A stretch of 57,651 nucleotides of DNA from an uncultured Verrucomicrobiota bacterium (GCA_937901395.1 CALCDB010000017.1:1-57651), one strand, 5' to 3'; numbered from the stretch's first letter, positions 40,515-49,602 are shown. The notes: generated by a model not told the origin, from the letters alone. Translations and numbers: made by a program.

Positions 40515-41227
40515 GCGAGAATAGAGGCGATAGTGGGGCTAGAGATTCTAGAAGCTTTAGTTCTTCTAGAGGGACGATGGGTTCTAGTACCCCGCCTCGC
40601 ATTCTTAGGCCTCAGGCGAAATGGGAAGACCTTTATTTTTACAAAAAGGCGGTGGTTCTCGATCAGCTTACTTTTATTTTTTGTCAGAGGTTTTTGCCGA
40701 AGTATGGCGATAGAACAGTAGATCAAATGATCCAAGCGGCGCGGAGCGGAAAGCAAAATATCGTTGAGGGGCTTGCTGATGGCGTTACTTCGACCGAGAT
40801 GGAACTTAAGCTACTCAATGTCGCGAGGGCGAGTTTGAAGGAACTCAAGGAGGATTACCTCGATTATCTTAGACGGCATGAGCTTGAACTTTGGAATGCG
40901 AAGCATCCGCGCTATGATGGGCTATTGAAGTTTTGCCGTGAACGCAATGAGCTTGCCGACTATCAGCCGTTTTTGGGGAAGTGGACGGATGAGGAGCTTG
41001 CGAATTGTGCGAATACGCTTTGTCACATGGTAGATAAGATGATGTCGACATTTCTTGCGAAGAAGGAAAAGGATTTCACGGAGAATGGGGGAATTAAAGA
41101 GCGCATGATGGCAGCGCGTCTTGGTCGGCGACGGACGCAAAGCGAGGAGATTGCTGCGCTCAAGGCGGAAAATGCGTGGCTTAAGCACAAGATTGAAAGT
41201 TTGAAGCGGGGGATGGGAAATGATTGA
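40511..41227 (+). CDS. four-helix-bundle protein (23S rRNA intervening-sequence protein family) with C-terminal suffix/coiled-coil region
   Basis: LYFYKKAVVLDQLTFIFCQRFLP..DQMIQAARSGKQNIVEG..ELKLLNVARASLKEL matches the four-helix-bundle family pattern. The N-terminus is disordered and Ser/Arg-rich. Confidence 0.7.
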   Translation: MSENRGDSGARDSRSFSSSRGTMGSSTPPRILRPQAKWEDLYFYKKAVVLDQLTFIFCQRFLPKYGDRTVDQMIQAARSGKQNIVEGLADGVTSTEMELKLLNVARASLKELKEDYLDYLRRHELELWNAKHPRYDGLLKFCRERNELADYQPFLGKWTDEELANCANTLCHMVDKMMSTFLAKKEKDFTENGGIKERMMAARLGRRRTQSEEIAALKAENAWLKHKIESLKRGMGND

Positions 41228-41282
41228 TGCCGGATTGCTTTGTCGCAAGCTTCTTTTGCTAGCAGCCATATAGGGAAAGGTC

Positions 41283-43391
41283 GTGAGAGGAAATATAAGT
41301 TTGAGCGATAAGTGTATAAGCCCTGATTTTTATCATGCGAGCATTGCCGATTTTTGTTTGGCGAATGCTGGGAATGTCTTTGCTACTATTCAGACTACAA
41401 ATAATAATGACCTTAAGCAACAGCAATCTGCGACTTGGGAGACCGAGATCAAATGTCTGCAAGATGCGTTGCTTAGTATAAAGGATGGTTCGATTTCTTT
41501 TGAATATAATATTCCCCGTTTGGGTAAGCGTATCGATGTAGTAATTCTTGTTAATGGGATTGTCTTTGTTCTTGAATTCAAGGATAATGCAGATAAGATT
41601 TTGACGGAAGATGTGAATCAAGTTTGGGATTATGCGCTTGATCTTAAGAACTTCCATTCAACAAGTCATACTTTGCCGATAGTGCCGGTTTTGGTTGGAA
41701 CAAATTATGAGCTTAACGGATTTGGAGTGATTGAAAAAGGTGAGGGTGAAGTTTATCGTCCTTTGGTTATTAATGAGCAAGATATTGCATCTTTAATACA
41801 TGAAGTATCCCAGGTAATTGGGGCAAGTGATTTTGATTATACCGATTGGCGCAAAGGCGTTTATTCTCCAACGCCGACAATTATAGATGCTGCACGAACA
41901 TTATATTCGCGTCATAGTGTGGCTGAAATTAAGCGCGCAGATGCTGATGCAAAGAATCTAACTGATACGTGTGCTGCGATTGATAAAATCATTGAACGCG
42001 CTAAATGGAATAAAGAAAAGATAGTTTGTTTTGTAACTGGTGTGCCTGGTGCGGGCAAGACATTGGTTGGGTTAAATGTTGCAACCAGTTTTACTCCTGA
42101 AACAAGTAAATCCGCTGAAGATAATATGGCGGTATATCTTAGCGGGAATGGCCCTTTGGTGAAGATTCTCATTGAAGTTCTAACGCGAGATGCTTGCGCG
42201 AAGCAGAAAGCATTGATTGCTGCTGGCAAAATGGAGAAGAAGTCGGCGGAGACCAAAAAGAGCATTGGGTCGAAAATAAATAAGTTTATACAAGCAGTTC
42301 ATCATTTCAGAGACGCTTATCTTATTGGCATTAAAGTTGACAATGGTGAGATTGTGCCGGATGAAAATTATTGGGGTTCACCTGAGAGCGCAAAGCATAA
42401 GTGGTGTCCACCTGAGCATATAGCAATCTTTGATGAAGCTCAGCGAGCATGGAATCATGAAATGCTGTTTGATTTCATGAAGCGCAAGAAGCATTTTGAT
42501 GGCTTTCCGATGAGTGAACCAGAGTTTTTAATTTCCTGCATGGATCGTCGCGATGATTGGGCGGTTGTGGTTTGCTTAGTCGGTGAGGGTCAGGAAATTA
42601 ATCGTGGTGAGATGGGAATAAATGGGTGGGTTGAGGCGTTGCAAAATAGATTCTCGAATTGGAAGGCGTGTATTTCGGAGGAAATGTTTGACGAACGATT
42701 TGGCGCAAAAGAGTCGCTGACGAAGTTAGAAGCAGAGGGGCGTATTGAGCGCTCAAAAGATTTGCATTTAAGTGTAAGTTTGCGAAGCTTTAGAAGCGGG
42801 CATTTAGCGTCATTCGTTCAATCGGTCTTAGATCACGATATTGAAAACGCTAAAGAAACATATAATAAGCTTGAAAAGTATCCGATTGTATTGACGCGTG
42901 ATATTGATAAGGCTAAAAGTTGGCTTCGGGTGCGTGCTCGTGGTACGGAGAGATATGGGCTTGTTGTAAGTTCGCAAGCTTATCGATTGAAACCAATGGC
43001 AATTGATGTTCGTGTTAAGGCAGACCCTGTCCTTTGGTTTCTAAATGATTATACAGATATTCGTAGTTCCTATTACATGGAAGATGTTGCGACTGAGTTT
43101 GATATTCAAGGGTTGGAATTGGATTGGGTTGGCGTTGTTTGGGATGGTGATTTCCGTAGTATGGGCAGTGATTGGGCGAATTTTAGCTTCAAAGGCAGCA
43201 AATGGCAAAAGGTCAATAAAGAGGAGCGCAAGCAGTATCAGAAGAATGCTTATCGTGTGCTTTTAACTCGTGCTCGGCAGGGAATGGTAATTTGTGTGCC
43301 CAAAGGAAGCGACGACGATCCAACCCGCAAGCCAGCATTTTATGATTCAACATATAACTATCTCAAGTCGCTTGGAATGAAAGAGATATAG
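41283..43391 (+). CDS. PD-(D/E)xK nuclease-like N-domain fused to DUF2075 (Schlafen-type) P-loop ATPase/helicase
   Basis: N-domain GKRIDVVILVNGIVFVLEFKD (D..ExK). Walker A VTGVPGAGKTLVG and Walker B IAIFDEAQRAW. Also VVCLVGEGQEINRGE and YRVLLTRARQGMVICVP. GTG start with an AGGGAAAGG SD. Confidence 0.8.
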   Translation: MRGNISLSDKCISPDFYHASIADFCLANAGNVFATIQTTNNNDLKQQQSATWETEIKCLQDALLSIKDGSISFEYNIPRLGKRIDVVILVNGIVFVLEFKDNADKILTEDVNQVWDYALDLKNFHSTSHTLPIVPVLVGTNYELNGFGVIEKGEGEVYRPLVINEQDIASLIHEVSQVIGASDFDYTDWRKGVYSPTPTIIDAARTLYSRHSVAEIKRADADAKNLTDTCAAIDKIIERAKWNKEKIVCFVTGVPGAGKTLVGLNVATSFTPETSKSAEDNMAVYLSGNGPLVKILIEVLTRDACAKQKALIAAGKMEKKSAETKKSIGSKINKFIQAVHHFRDAYLIGIKVDNGEIVPDENYWGSPESAKHKWCPPEHIAIFDEAQRAWNHEMLFDFMKRKKHFDGFPMSEPEFLISCMDRRDDWAVVVCLVGEGQEINRGEMGINGWVEALQNRFSNWKACISEEMFDERFGAKESLTKLEAEGRIERSKDLHLSVSLRSFRSGHLASFVQSVLDHDIENAKETYNKLEKYPIVLTRDIDKAKSWLRVRARGTERYGLVVSSQAYRLKPMAIDVRVKADPVLWFLNDYTDIRSSYYMEDVATEFDIQGLELDWVGVVWDGDFRSMGSDWANFSFKGSKWQKVNKEERKQYQKNAYRVLLTRARQGMVICVPKGSDDDPTRKPAFYDSTYNYLKSLGMKEI

Positions 43392-43412
43392 AGTTGCATT
43401 GAGTGTAGTGGA

Positions 43413-45089
43413 ATGAGCGGAAGCAGTCGAGAAATATCTTCTATGGGAGTAAGCCTACCAGCAATCAGGGGTAGGAGTAGAATTAAGACAATAATTTCGC
43501 GCGACGGTGGATTTTCTGACAAGGAATTGTTGCTAGACTGGGACTGGCAGAAGAATAGTGAAAGACCTGAGAATTATACAAAGCATAGCAGTTTTTATGT
43601 GTGGTGGAAGTGTCATGTGTGTGGATATGAATGGAAATCAAGAATCTCAAATCGTGTTAATAGACGAGGGTGCCCAGCATGTTCTGGTAGGGTGTTGCAT
43701 GTCGGGCACAATGATTTTGCGACAACAGAACCAGAACTTGCCAAAGAATGGCACCCTGTAAATAATGGATTATTGAGACCGACTGATGTTATGCGGGGGC
43801 AGGCGAGGTTAGTATGGTGGCTTTGCCCGAATGGGCATTCGTATCGGGCTTCGTTAAATAAGCGGACATCAGACAGAACAGGATGCCCGATTTGTAATAG
43901 TGGGCGGCAAACATCATTTCGAGAACAGGCATTTTACTACTACATCAAGAAGATATATCCTAGCGCGATTAGTCGGTATAAGCCAGATTGGCTAAAACGT
44001 ATGGAGCTTGATATTTACATCCCAGAGAAACGATTGGCGATTGAGTATGATGGGGCAGCATGGCATAAAATATCAAACTTTGATCGTGAACGGCTTAAGT
44101 ATGAGTTATGTACAAAACATGGTGTTAAACTTTGGCGTGTTAAAGAGCATATGCCAGAATCTGGTTATGGACTTGCGCATCAACTATTTAGTGTGCCTAA
44201 TGTGGAGACAGCGCACGGCTTTAAGACATTGTTGATGGTTGTCGTGTCGGCCCTGGATCCAAAGTGTAATATGTGGACAAAAAACAATCCACTTAAGGTA
44301 TGGACGGATGTTGATATTGATATTGAACGAGATCGTTATGAAATTAATCAATATCGGTTTGTGGTTAAGAACTCATTACAAGAGATGCGGCCAAATATTG
44401 CGAAGGAATGGCATCCGACGAAAAATGATGGATGGTCTCCAATTGGTCTTTCATGGAAGAGCGAACGAAAGGTTTGGTGGCTGTGTGACAAATGTGGCAA
44501 TGAATATGAAATGACGGTTGCACATCGTGTAACTGGTAATGGATGTCCAGTTTGTGCAAAAGAAAAGTTCGCAAGAACTTACCGTAAAAACCGAGTCAAT
44601 AAATATGGTGGAATAGTTGATTCAAAGTTACTTAATGAGTGGAATTACGAAAAAAATAAAGGTCTAACACCAGATGCATTCCCTAAAGGATCTAATGATA
44701 AGGTATGGTGGAAATGTGAGAAATGCGGATATGAATGGAAGGCGAAGATATCTAACCGACATCATGGAAGGGGGTGCCCATGTTGCTCAAATCGTATTGT
44801 GGTCAAGGGTAAAAATGACCTCTTGACGCTATATCCAGAATTGTGCAAGGAGTGGGATTACGAGAAGAATGGGTTATTATTGCCAAATCAGATTACTCCT
44901 GGAAGGAATGCTAAGGTTTGGTGGAAATGCTCTAAGTGCGGACATTCTTATGCGGCTCCACCTAATAGAAGAACTTCGCAAAGGTCTGGTTGTCGTAAAT
45001 GTGCTGATAAAATGATATGGGATATTCGTAGGGCTAATGTCTTAAAGCGCATGCAGGTTGGTCGAATTTCACAAAGTCTTAGTAATTAG
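43413..45089 (+). CDS. five-fold zinc-ribbon repeat protein with central Vsr/DUF559-like PD-(D/E)xK endonuclease core
   Basis: Five copies of (V)WW(K/L)C..CG..W......R.....GCP.C, for example VWWKCHVCGYEWKSRISNRVNRRGCPACSG. Central core is MELDIYIPEKRLAIEYDGAAWHK. The exact start is uncertain. Confidence 0.8.
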   Translation: MSGSSREISSMGVSLPAIRGRSRIKTIISRDGGFSDKELLLDWDWQKNSERPENYTKHSSFYVWWKCHVCGYEWKSRISNRVNRRGCPACSGRVLHVGHNDFATTEPELAKEWHPVNNGLLRPTDVMRGQARLVWWLCPNGHSYRASLNKRTSDRTGCPICNSGRQTSFREQAFYYYIKKIYPSAISRYKPDWLKRMELDIYIPEKRLAIEYDGAAWHKISNFDRERLKYELCTKHGVKLWRVKEHMPESGYGLAHQLFSVPNVETAHGFKTLLMVVVSALDPKCNMWTKNNPLKVWTDVDIDIERDRYEINQYRFVVKNSLQEMRPNIAKEWHPTKNDGWSPIGLSWKSERKVWWLCDKCGNEYEMTVAHRVTGNGCPVCAKEKFARTYRKNRVNKYGGIVDSKLLNEWNYEKNKGLTPDAFPKGSNDKVWWKCEKCGYEWKAKISNRHHGRGCPCCSNRIVVKGKNDLLTLYPELCKEWDYEKNGLLLPNQITPGRNAKVWWKCSKCGHSYAAPPNRRTSQRSGCRKCADKMIWDIRRANVLKRMQVGRISQSLSN

Positions 45090-45103
45090 ATAAGGGGAAA
45101 AAG

Positions 45104-45412
45104 ATGATTATTAAATGTTTAGAGTGTGGCCATGATGTGAGTGATAAGGCGATGGCGTGCCCAAATTGTGGTGCGCCAATTGCACAAACGCGCGATTACA
45201 CGCCAGTTCGTTATGATGTAAAAGCGGATGAGCAGTATGGGACATTTTGTTGGTGGTTAGGTTTTTTATTTAATCTATTTGGCATCCTAATTGGAGCGAT
45301 AATTTCTCGTGGATATGGCGCAAAGAAAGCATTTATTGGGATGTTGTGGAGCTGGCTGTTGTTCGCTATTTTAGCTATTGGCGTTGTTATACATGGGATG
45401 CGCACATATTGA
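45104..45412 (+). CDS. small zinc-ribbon membrane protein
   Basis: CLECG..x11..CPNCG zinc ribbon plus two TM helices, with an AAGGGGA SD. Same architecture as 11158..11472. Confidence 0.65.
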   Translation: MIIKCLECGHDVSDKAMACPNCGAPIAQTRDYTPVRYDVKADEQYGTFCWWLGFLFNLFGILIGAIISRGYGAKKAFIGMLWSWLLFAILAIGVVIHGMRTY

Positions 45413-45450
45413 TTTTCTCATTCAGTGACAGCGGTTCCGCATGGTGATTA

Positions 45451-46101
45451 ATGATTATTGTGTTTGAGATTGTACTTCTATTTGCACTTTTTGGTGCCGT
45501 TTTTGCGTTGCGACGATGGATTAGCAATCCAGCGACCATTGGCAAGTTAGGCGAAAGGGTAATTGCCAAGCGGTTGAGGGCGGGGTTGCCAAAAGATGAG
45601 TATTTGATTTTGAGTGATATTTATTTACCGATTGAGGATAATGCGACGACACAAATCGATCATGTGGTCGTAAGTAGATATGGGATCTTTGTTGTAGAGT
45701 CGAAGAATTATAGCGGATGGATTTTCGGAGATAAGGATTCGCCTAAGTGGACACAGACGATGTTCCGCAAGAAAAGCACTTTTCAGAATCCAATTCGTCA
45801 GAACTATCGCCATATTTGCGCCATAGCTGAAAATTTGGGAATTCCGAAAATGTATTTGAAAAGTGTGGTTGTGTTTACGGGGGACTGCGAATTCAAGACG
45901 GAAATGCCGGAATGTGTGGTTTATTCACACAAGGTCGCGACTTATATTTGCACATTTACCGAGCCAATCATTAATGAGAAGCAAGTGTCTGAAATAGCCG
46001 AGGTTATGCAAGAATGGAATCAATGTGTTACTGATGCGCAGCGAAAGAAGCATGTTAGCAATTTGAGGCGAAAGCATCAATTGCATGCCGAACTGCCTTA
46101 A
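45451..46101 (+). CDS. membrane-anchored NERD (nuclease-related domain) protein
   Basis: N-terminal TM helix, then GKLGERVIAKRL..YLILSDIYLP..QIDHVVVSRYGIFVVESKNYSGWI, the NERD D..ExK core. Confidence 0.8.
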   Translation: MIIVFEIVLLFALFGAVFALRRWISNPATIGKLGERVIAKRLRAGLPKDEYLILSDIYLPIEDNATTQIDHVVVSRYGIFVVESKNYSGWIFGDKDSPKWTQTMFRKKSTFQNPIRQNYRHICAIAENLGIPKMYLKSVVVFTGDCEFKTEMPECVVYSHKVATYICTFTEPIINEKQVSEIAEVMQEWNQCVTDAQRKKHVSNLRRKHQLHAELP

Positions 46102-46274
46102 TGTGCATTGTGGGCGATTCAGATAATTTGAGGGACATACCCTCGGAAAGGCAATAAAATCAGGGGGTTGGGAAAATTGAGGTTGGAAGGGGAAGAGAAG
46201 ACACGATTGGAAAGGTGGAAGAAGAGTTGGATGCGAAGAGCCAAAATATAATTTCACACGGAGACGGGAAAATA

Positions 46275-46283
46275 TGGTATAAT
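46275..46283 (+). promoter_or_regulatory. extended -10 element TGGTATAAT
   Basis: Lies 8 nt before ATG 46292. Confidence 0.55.
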
Positions 46284-46291
46284 TCTCGGCA

Positions 46292-47983
46292 ATGGATCAG
46301 ATTCTTCAGTTGTTAGTACAGAATGGCTATATCGATGAGGCCAGTGCGAAAGATCTTCAAGATCTTTCAAAGACGGAGTCGAAGACAGTTCGTCAGTTGG
46401 TCATTGACCAAGGGATTGTCGATGAGGATACTTTGTTGTCGGTGATGGCGGCGTATCAAGACACCGAGGCGATAGACTTGGGGTCGATGACGATAGAATC
46501 CGAAGTAACCGAGGCGATACCCGCATCCACTGCGCGGATGTATAATGTATTTCCGATTAGCAGTGATGATAGTTCGGTTACGTTGGTTACCTACGATCTT
46601 ATCGATCCGCGGATATCGGACGAGTTGCTGTTTTCGCTTTCGAAGGAAGTGAAGTTCGTCTTTGCGCGCGAGCAGGACGTAAGGGAGCGCATCGCGCAAT
46701 ACTATGGCGACTCAAACGATTCGGTCGCAGATATGATCAAGTCGTTGGGCGAGGGGATGACGGATGACGAGAGCCTCGCGGCGACGGCGAATTCGAACGA
46801 TATCGCCTCGATGGAGAATGCGGCGAATTCGAGCGCGATCGTGAAGTTCGTGAATTTAGTTTTGTATCAGGGGGTAGTGGATCACGCGGCGGATATTCAT
46901 ATCGAGCCATTTGAGAATGATTTCAAGATTCGTTATCGTGTAGATGGCGCGCTTTACGAGATGAAGGCGCCGGACGTTAAGATGGCGCCAGCGATTATTT
47001 CACGCGTGAAGATTTTGGCGAACTTGAATATCGCGGAGCGTCGCGTGCCGCAGGATGGGCGCATCGCGCTCACGGTCGCGGGAAGGCCGGTGGATTTGCG
47101 CGTTTCGTGCTTGCCGACTTCGCATGGCGAATCGGTGGTAATGCGTATTCTCGACCAGACCACGACATCGTTGGATTTGGAGAACGTTGGGTTGCCGGAA
47201 GACGTGTACGAGCAAATCACGATGGATATCGAGAAGCCGAATGGCATCTTCATCGTGACTGGTCCGACGGGTTCGGGCAAGACGACTACATTGTATTCGG
47301 TATTGCGGCGCATCAACACGATTGATTCGAAGTTGCTTACGGCGGAGGAGCCGGTTGAATACAACGTCGATGGAATCGTGCAAGTTCCGATTGATGCGCA
47401 TGCCGGCAATACCTTCGCGAAGGTGTTGCGCGCATTCTTGCGTCAAGACCCCGATATCATGATGATTGGAGAGATTCGTGATTTGGAGACGGCGGAAATC
47501 GCGGTCCAGGCGGCGCTCACTGGGCACTTCGTATTCTCCACTCTGCACACCAATGATGCGGCGGGCGCGGTAATGCGTTTGGTGGATATGAACGTTGCGC
47601 CATATTTGTTGTCTTCCACGCTGGAGGGTGTCTTGGGGCAGCGCTTGGTAAGAACCTGCTGCAAGGAATGCAAGCAAAGCTACGAGCCGGATGACGAGAC
47701 ATTGGAGCGCATCGAAATGACGCGCGATCAGATCGGCGGGCGTCCATTCTATTTCGGCAAGGGCTGCAAGACGTGTAACGGCACCGGATACAAGGGGCGC
47801 AAGGGGGTGTTCGAATATTTGCGGATGTCGAATCCATTGCGCGAGCTGGTGAACAACCGTGCGCCTACCTTGATTATTCGCGAGAAGGCGCGAGAGTTGG
47901 GGATGCGGACGATGCGTGAGGATGGTATACGTTCCATTCTCGACGGTTACACGACCGTTGACGAGGTATTGCGTTACACCTAA
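46292..47983 (+). CDS. GspE/PilB-family secretion/type IV pilus assembly ATPase
   Basis: N-terminal GSPII_E_N-like domain. Walker A GPTGSGKTTTLY, Asp box MIGEIRD, His box FSTLHTNDA, and tetracysteine CKECK..CKTCNGTG. Confidence 0.9.
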   Translation: MDQILQLLVQNGYIDEASAKDLQDLSKTESKTVRQLVIDQGIVDEDTLLSVMAAYQDTEAIDLGSMTIESEVTEAIPASTARMYNVFPISSDDSSVTLVTYDLIDPRISDELLFSLSKEVKFVFAREQDVRERIAQYYGDSNDSVADMIKSLGEGMTDDESLAATANSNDIASMENAANSSAIVKFVNLVLYQGVVDHAADIHIEPFENDFKIRYRVDGALYEMKAPDVKMAPAIISRVKILANLNIAERRVPQDGRIALTVAGRPVDLRVSCLPTSHGESVVMRILDQTTTSLDLENVGLPEDVYEQITMDIEKPNGIFIVTGPTGSGKTTTLYSVLRRINTIDSKLLTAEEPVEYNVDGIVQVPIDAHAGNTFAKVLRAFLRQDPDIMMIGEIRDLETAEIAVQAALTGHFVFSTLHTNDAAGAVMRLVDMNVAPYLLSSTLEGVLGQRLVRTCCKECKQSYEPDDETLERIEMTRDQIGGRPFYFGKGCKTCNGTGYKGRKGVFEYLRMSNPLRELVNNRAPTLIIREKARELGMRTMREDGIRSILDGYTTVDEVLRYT

Positions 47984-48816
47984 TGAAATTCTCGGTGCGG
48001 ATATGCCTAATCGCGCTTGCGATTTATTTGGCAGCGGCGATTTTTGGGGAGATACAATATCGCATTGCGGAATATAGGGATGTAACGGCGGCGTATAACA
48101 TAGTCGATGCGGAGCATCGTTACGAGCCGCCCAGCGCTCAACATTGGCTGGGCACGGATAATTTAGGACGAGACGTTGGGCTACGGGTAATTCAGGGGGC
48201 GCGAATCGCCTTTCACGTAGGCATAGTAACTTCGTTAATCGCAATTCCATTGGGTGTAATACTCGGCTTGTTGGGAGGATATTTTGGCGGTAAGACGGAT
48301 GCGATCGTAGTTTGGTTATGCGCTACGGTAGCATCGATGCCTGGGTTGCTGTTCATATTGGCGATTTCGTTAGTAGTAGGTCAGGGGTTGATGGGGATTT
48401 ATATGGGCATTGGGCTTACGACTTGGGTAAGCACCTGCAGAACCATTCGTGCGGAAGTAATGAAGCATAAGGATCGCGCCTACATTCAGGCCGCGCGAAC
48501 GCTTGGATATTCGCATGCGCGAATCATGTTTCGTCACATCTTGCCGAATGTGGCGCATATCATACTCATTCAATTTTCCATTCGCTTTCCCTCCGCGGTA
48601 TCAACGGAAGTGTTCATTTCCTTTTTAGGCATTGGGGTTCAGGGCGAGCCGAGTTGGGGGATCATGATCAATAATGCGCGAATGCGTCTTTGGCAGGGGG
48701 TTTGGTGGGAGATGACATTTACTACTCTCGCGATTTTCATTTTAGTATTAATCTTCAATCATCTTGCAGATTATCTACGAGATCGGTTAGACCCCGCGCT
48801 AAGAAATGAGAGGTAA
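47983..48816 (+). CDS. ABC transporter permease (DppC/OppC type)
   Basis: HWLGTDNLGRDV at the N-terminus, six TM segments, and the EAA-like loop IQAARTLGYSHARIMFRHILPN. Confidence 0.85.
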   Translation: MKFSVRICLIALAIYLAAAIFGEIQYRIAEYRDVTAAYNIVDAEHRYEPPSAQHWLGTDNLGRDVGLRVIQGARIAFHVGIVTSLIAIPLGVILGLLGGYFGGKTDAIVVWLCATVASMPGLLFILAISLVVGQGLMGIYMGIGLTTWVSTCRTIRAEVMKHKDRAYIQAARTLGYSHARIMFRHILPNVAHIILIQFSIRFPSAVSTEVFISFLGIGVQGEPSWGIMINNARMRLWQGVWWEMTFTTLAIFILVLIFNHLADYLRDRLDPALRNER

Positions 48817-48819
48817 AGT

Positions 48820-49602
48820 ATGTTAGCGATGAAACGTCCATTAGTGGTTTTCGACATTGAATCCACGGGACTCTCCCCGCGCAAGGATCGCATTATTGAA
48901 TTGGCGGCAGTCAAGGTTTTCCCAGACGGCAGGGAGGAAAAGCGTTGCTGGTTGGTTAATCCCACGGTTCATATTCCAGAAGAGACGACGTCGATTCACG
49001 GGATATCGGATGAAGACGTGAAGGAGTGTCCGACATTTGCAGATTATGCGAAGGAGATATTCGAGTTCTTTCGAGATTGCGATTTATCGGGTTTCAACAT
49101 AGATCGATTTGACGTTTCATGTCTTGAGGAAGAATTCGCGAGGGTAGGGTATAATTTTGGGGCGGCGTTGCGCAAGCATGTTGACGTGATGCGGTTATAT
49201 CATCGCAAGGAGAGGCGAGATCTATCGGCGGCGGTTGAGTTCTATTGTCATCGTTCGCATGATGGCGCGCATGGTGCCGAGGCCGATGCGGTTGCTACAT
49301 TGGACGTATTGAAGGCGCAACTTGAGCATTATGCCGATCTACCGAAGAGCGTGGACGAGATGGATGAATTCTTAGTTCCGCACGATCCATTGAACGCAGA
49401 TCGCAATGGGATGTTCCGCTGGCGCGATGGGGAATGGTGCATTAACTTCGGCAAGAAAAATGGGGAGAGTCTAAAGCGGATAATGCTGGAGGAGCCGAAT
49501 TTTCTCAAGTGGATGGTGAAGGGCGATTTCGATACCGATGCGCGTATGATCGCGGCCGATGCCTTAGAAGGACGCTTACCACCACCGCCGAAAAACGTAT
49601 GA
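48820..49602 (+). CDS. DEDDh 3'-5' exonuclease (DnaQ/epsilon-like) with C-terminal extension
   Basis: ExoI VVFDIESTGL, ExoII ..IHGISDEDV.. and ExoIII HGAEADAVAT. Confidence 0.85.
   Translation: MLAMKRPLVVFDIESTGLSPRKDRIIELAAVKVFPDGREEKRCWLVNPTVHIPEETTSIHGISDEDVKECPTFADYAKEIFEFFRDCDLSGFNIDRFDVSCLEEEFARVGYNFGAALRKHVDVMRLYHRKERRDLSAAVEFYCHRSHDGAHGAEADAVATLDVLKAQLEHYADLPKSVDEMDEFLVPHDPLNADRNGMFRWRDGEWCINFGKKNGESLKRIMLEEPNFLKWMVKGDFDTDARMIAADALEGRLPPPPKNV

Larger units (their letters stand above)
39974..46291. other. genomic island 2 (candidate defence island)
   Basis: AT-richer insert between the M28 peptidase and pilB-type genes. It has a ~500-bp repeat-rich leader and a single five-gene operon of nuclease/ATPase/membrane proteins. 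GATTGG-type motifs sit near both edges. Confidence 0.5.

Noticed and set aside
40037-40602. Small ORFs (60-118 aa) in the island 2 leader
   Set aside because: They overlap tandem repeats and palindromes. Their repeated peptide segments derive from DNA repeats, and they have no start signals.
47000-48250. 416-aa ORF antisense to the pilB-type and ABC permease genes
   Set aside because: The translation is Arg/Leu/His-rich with no motifs, and it spans two well-supported + strand genes. This is a typical antisense shadow. The same reasoning applies to 21033..21587, 30531..31100, 35105..35710 and 4294..4884.
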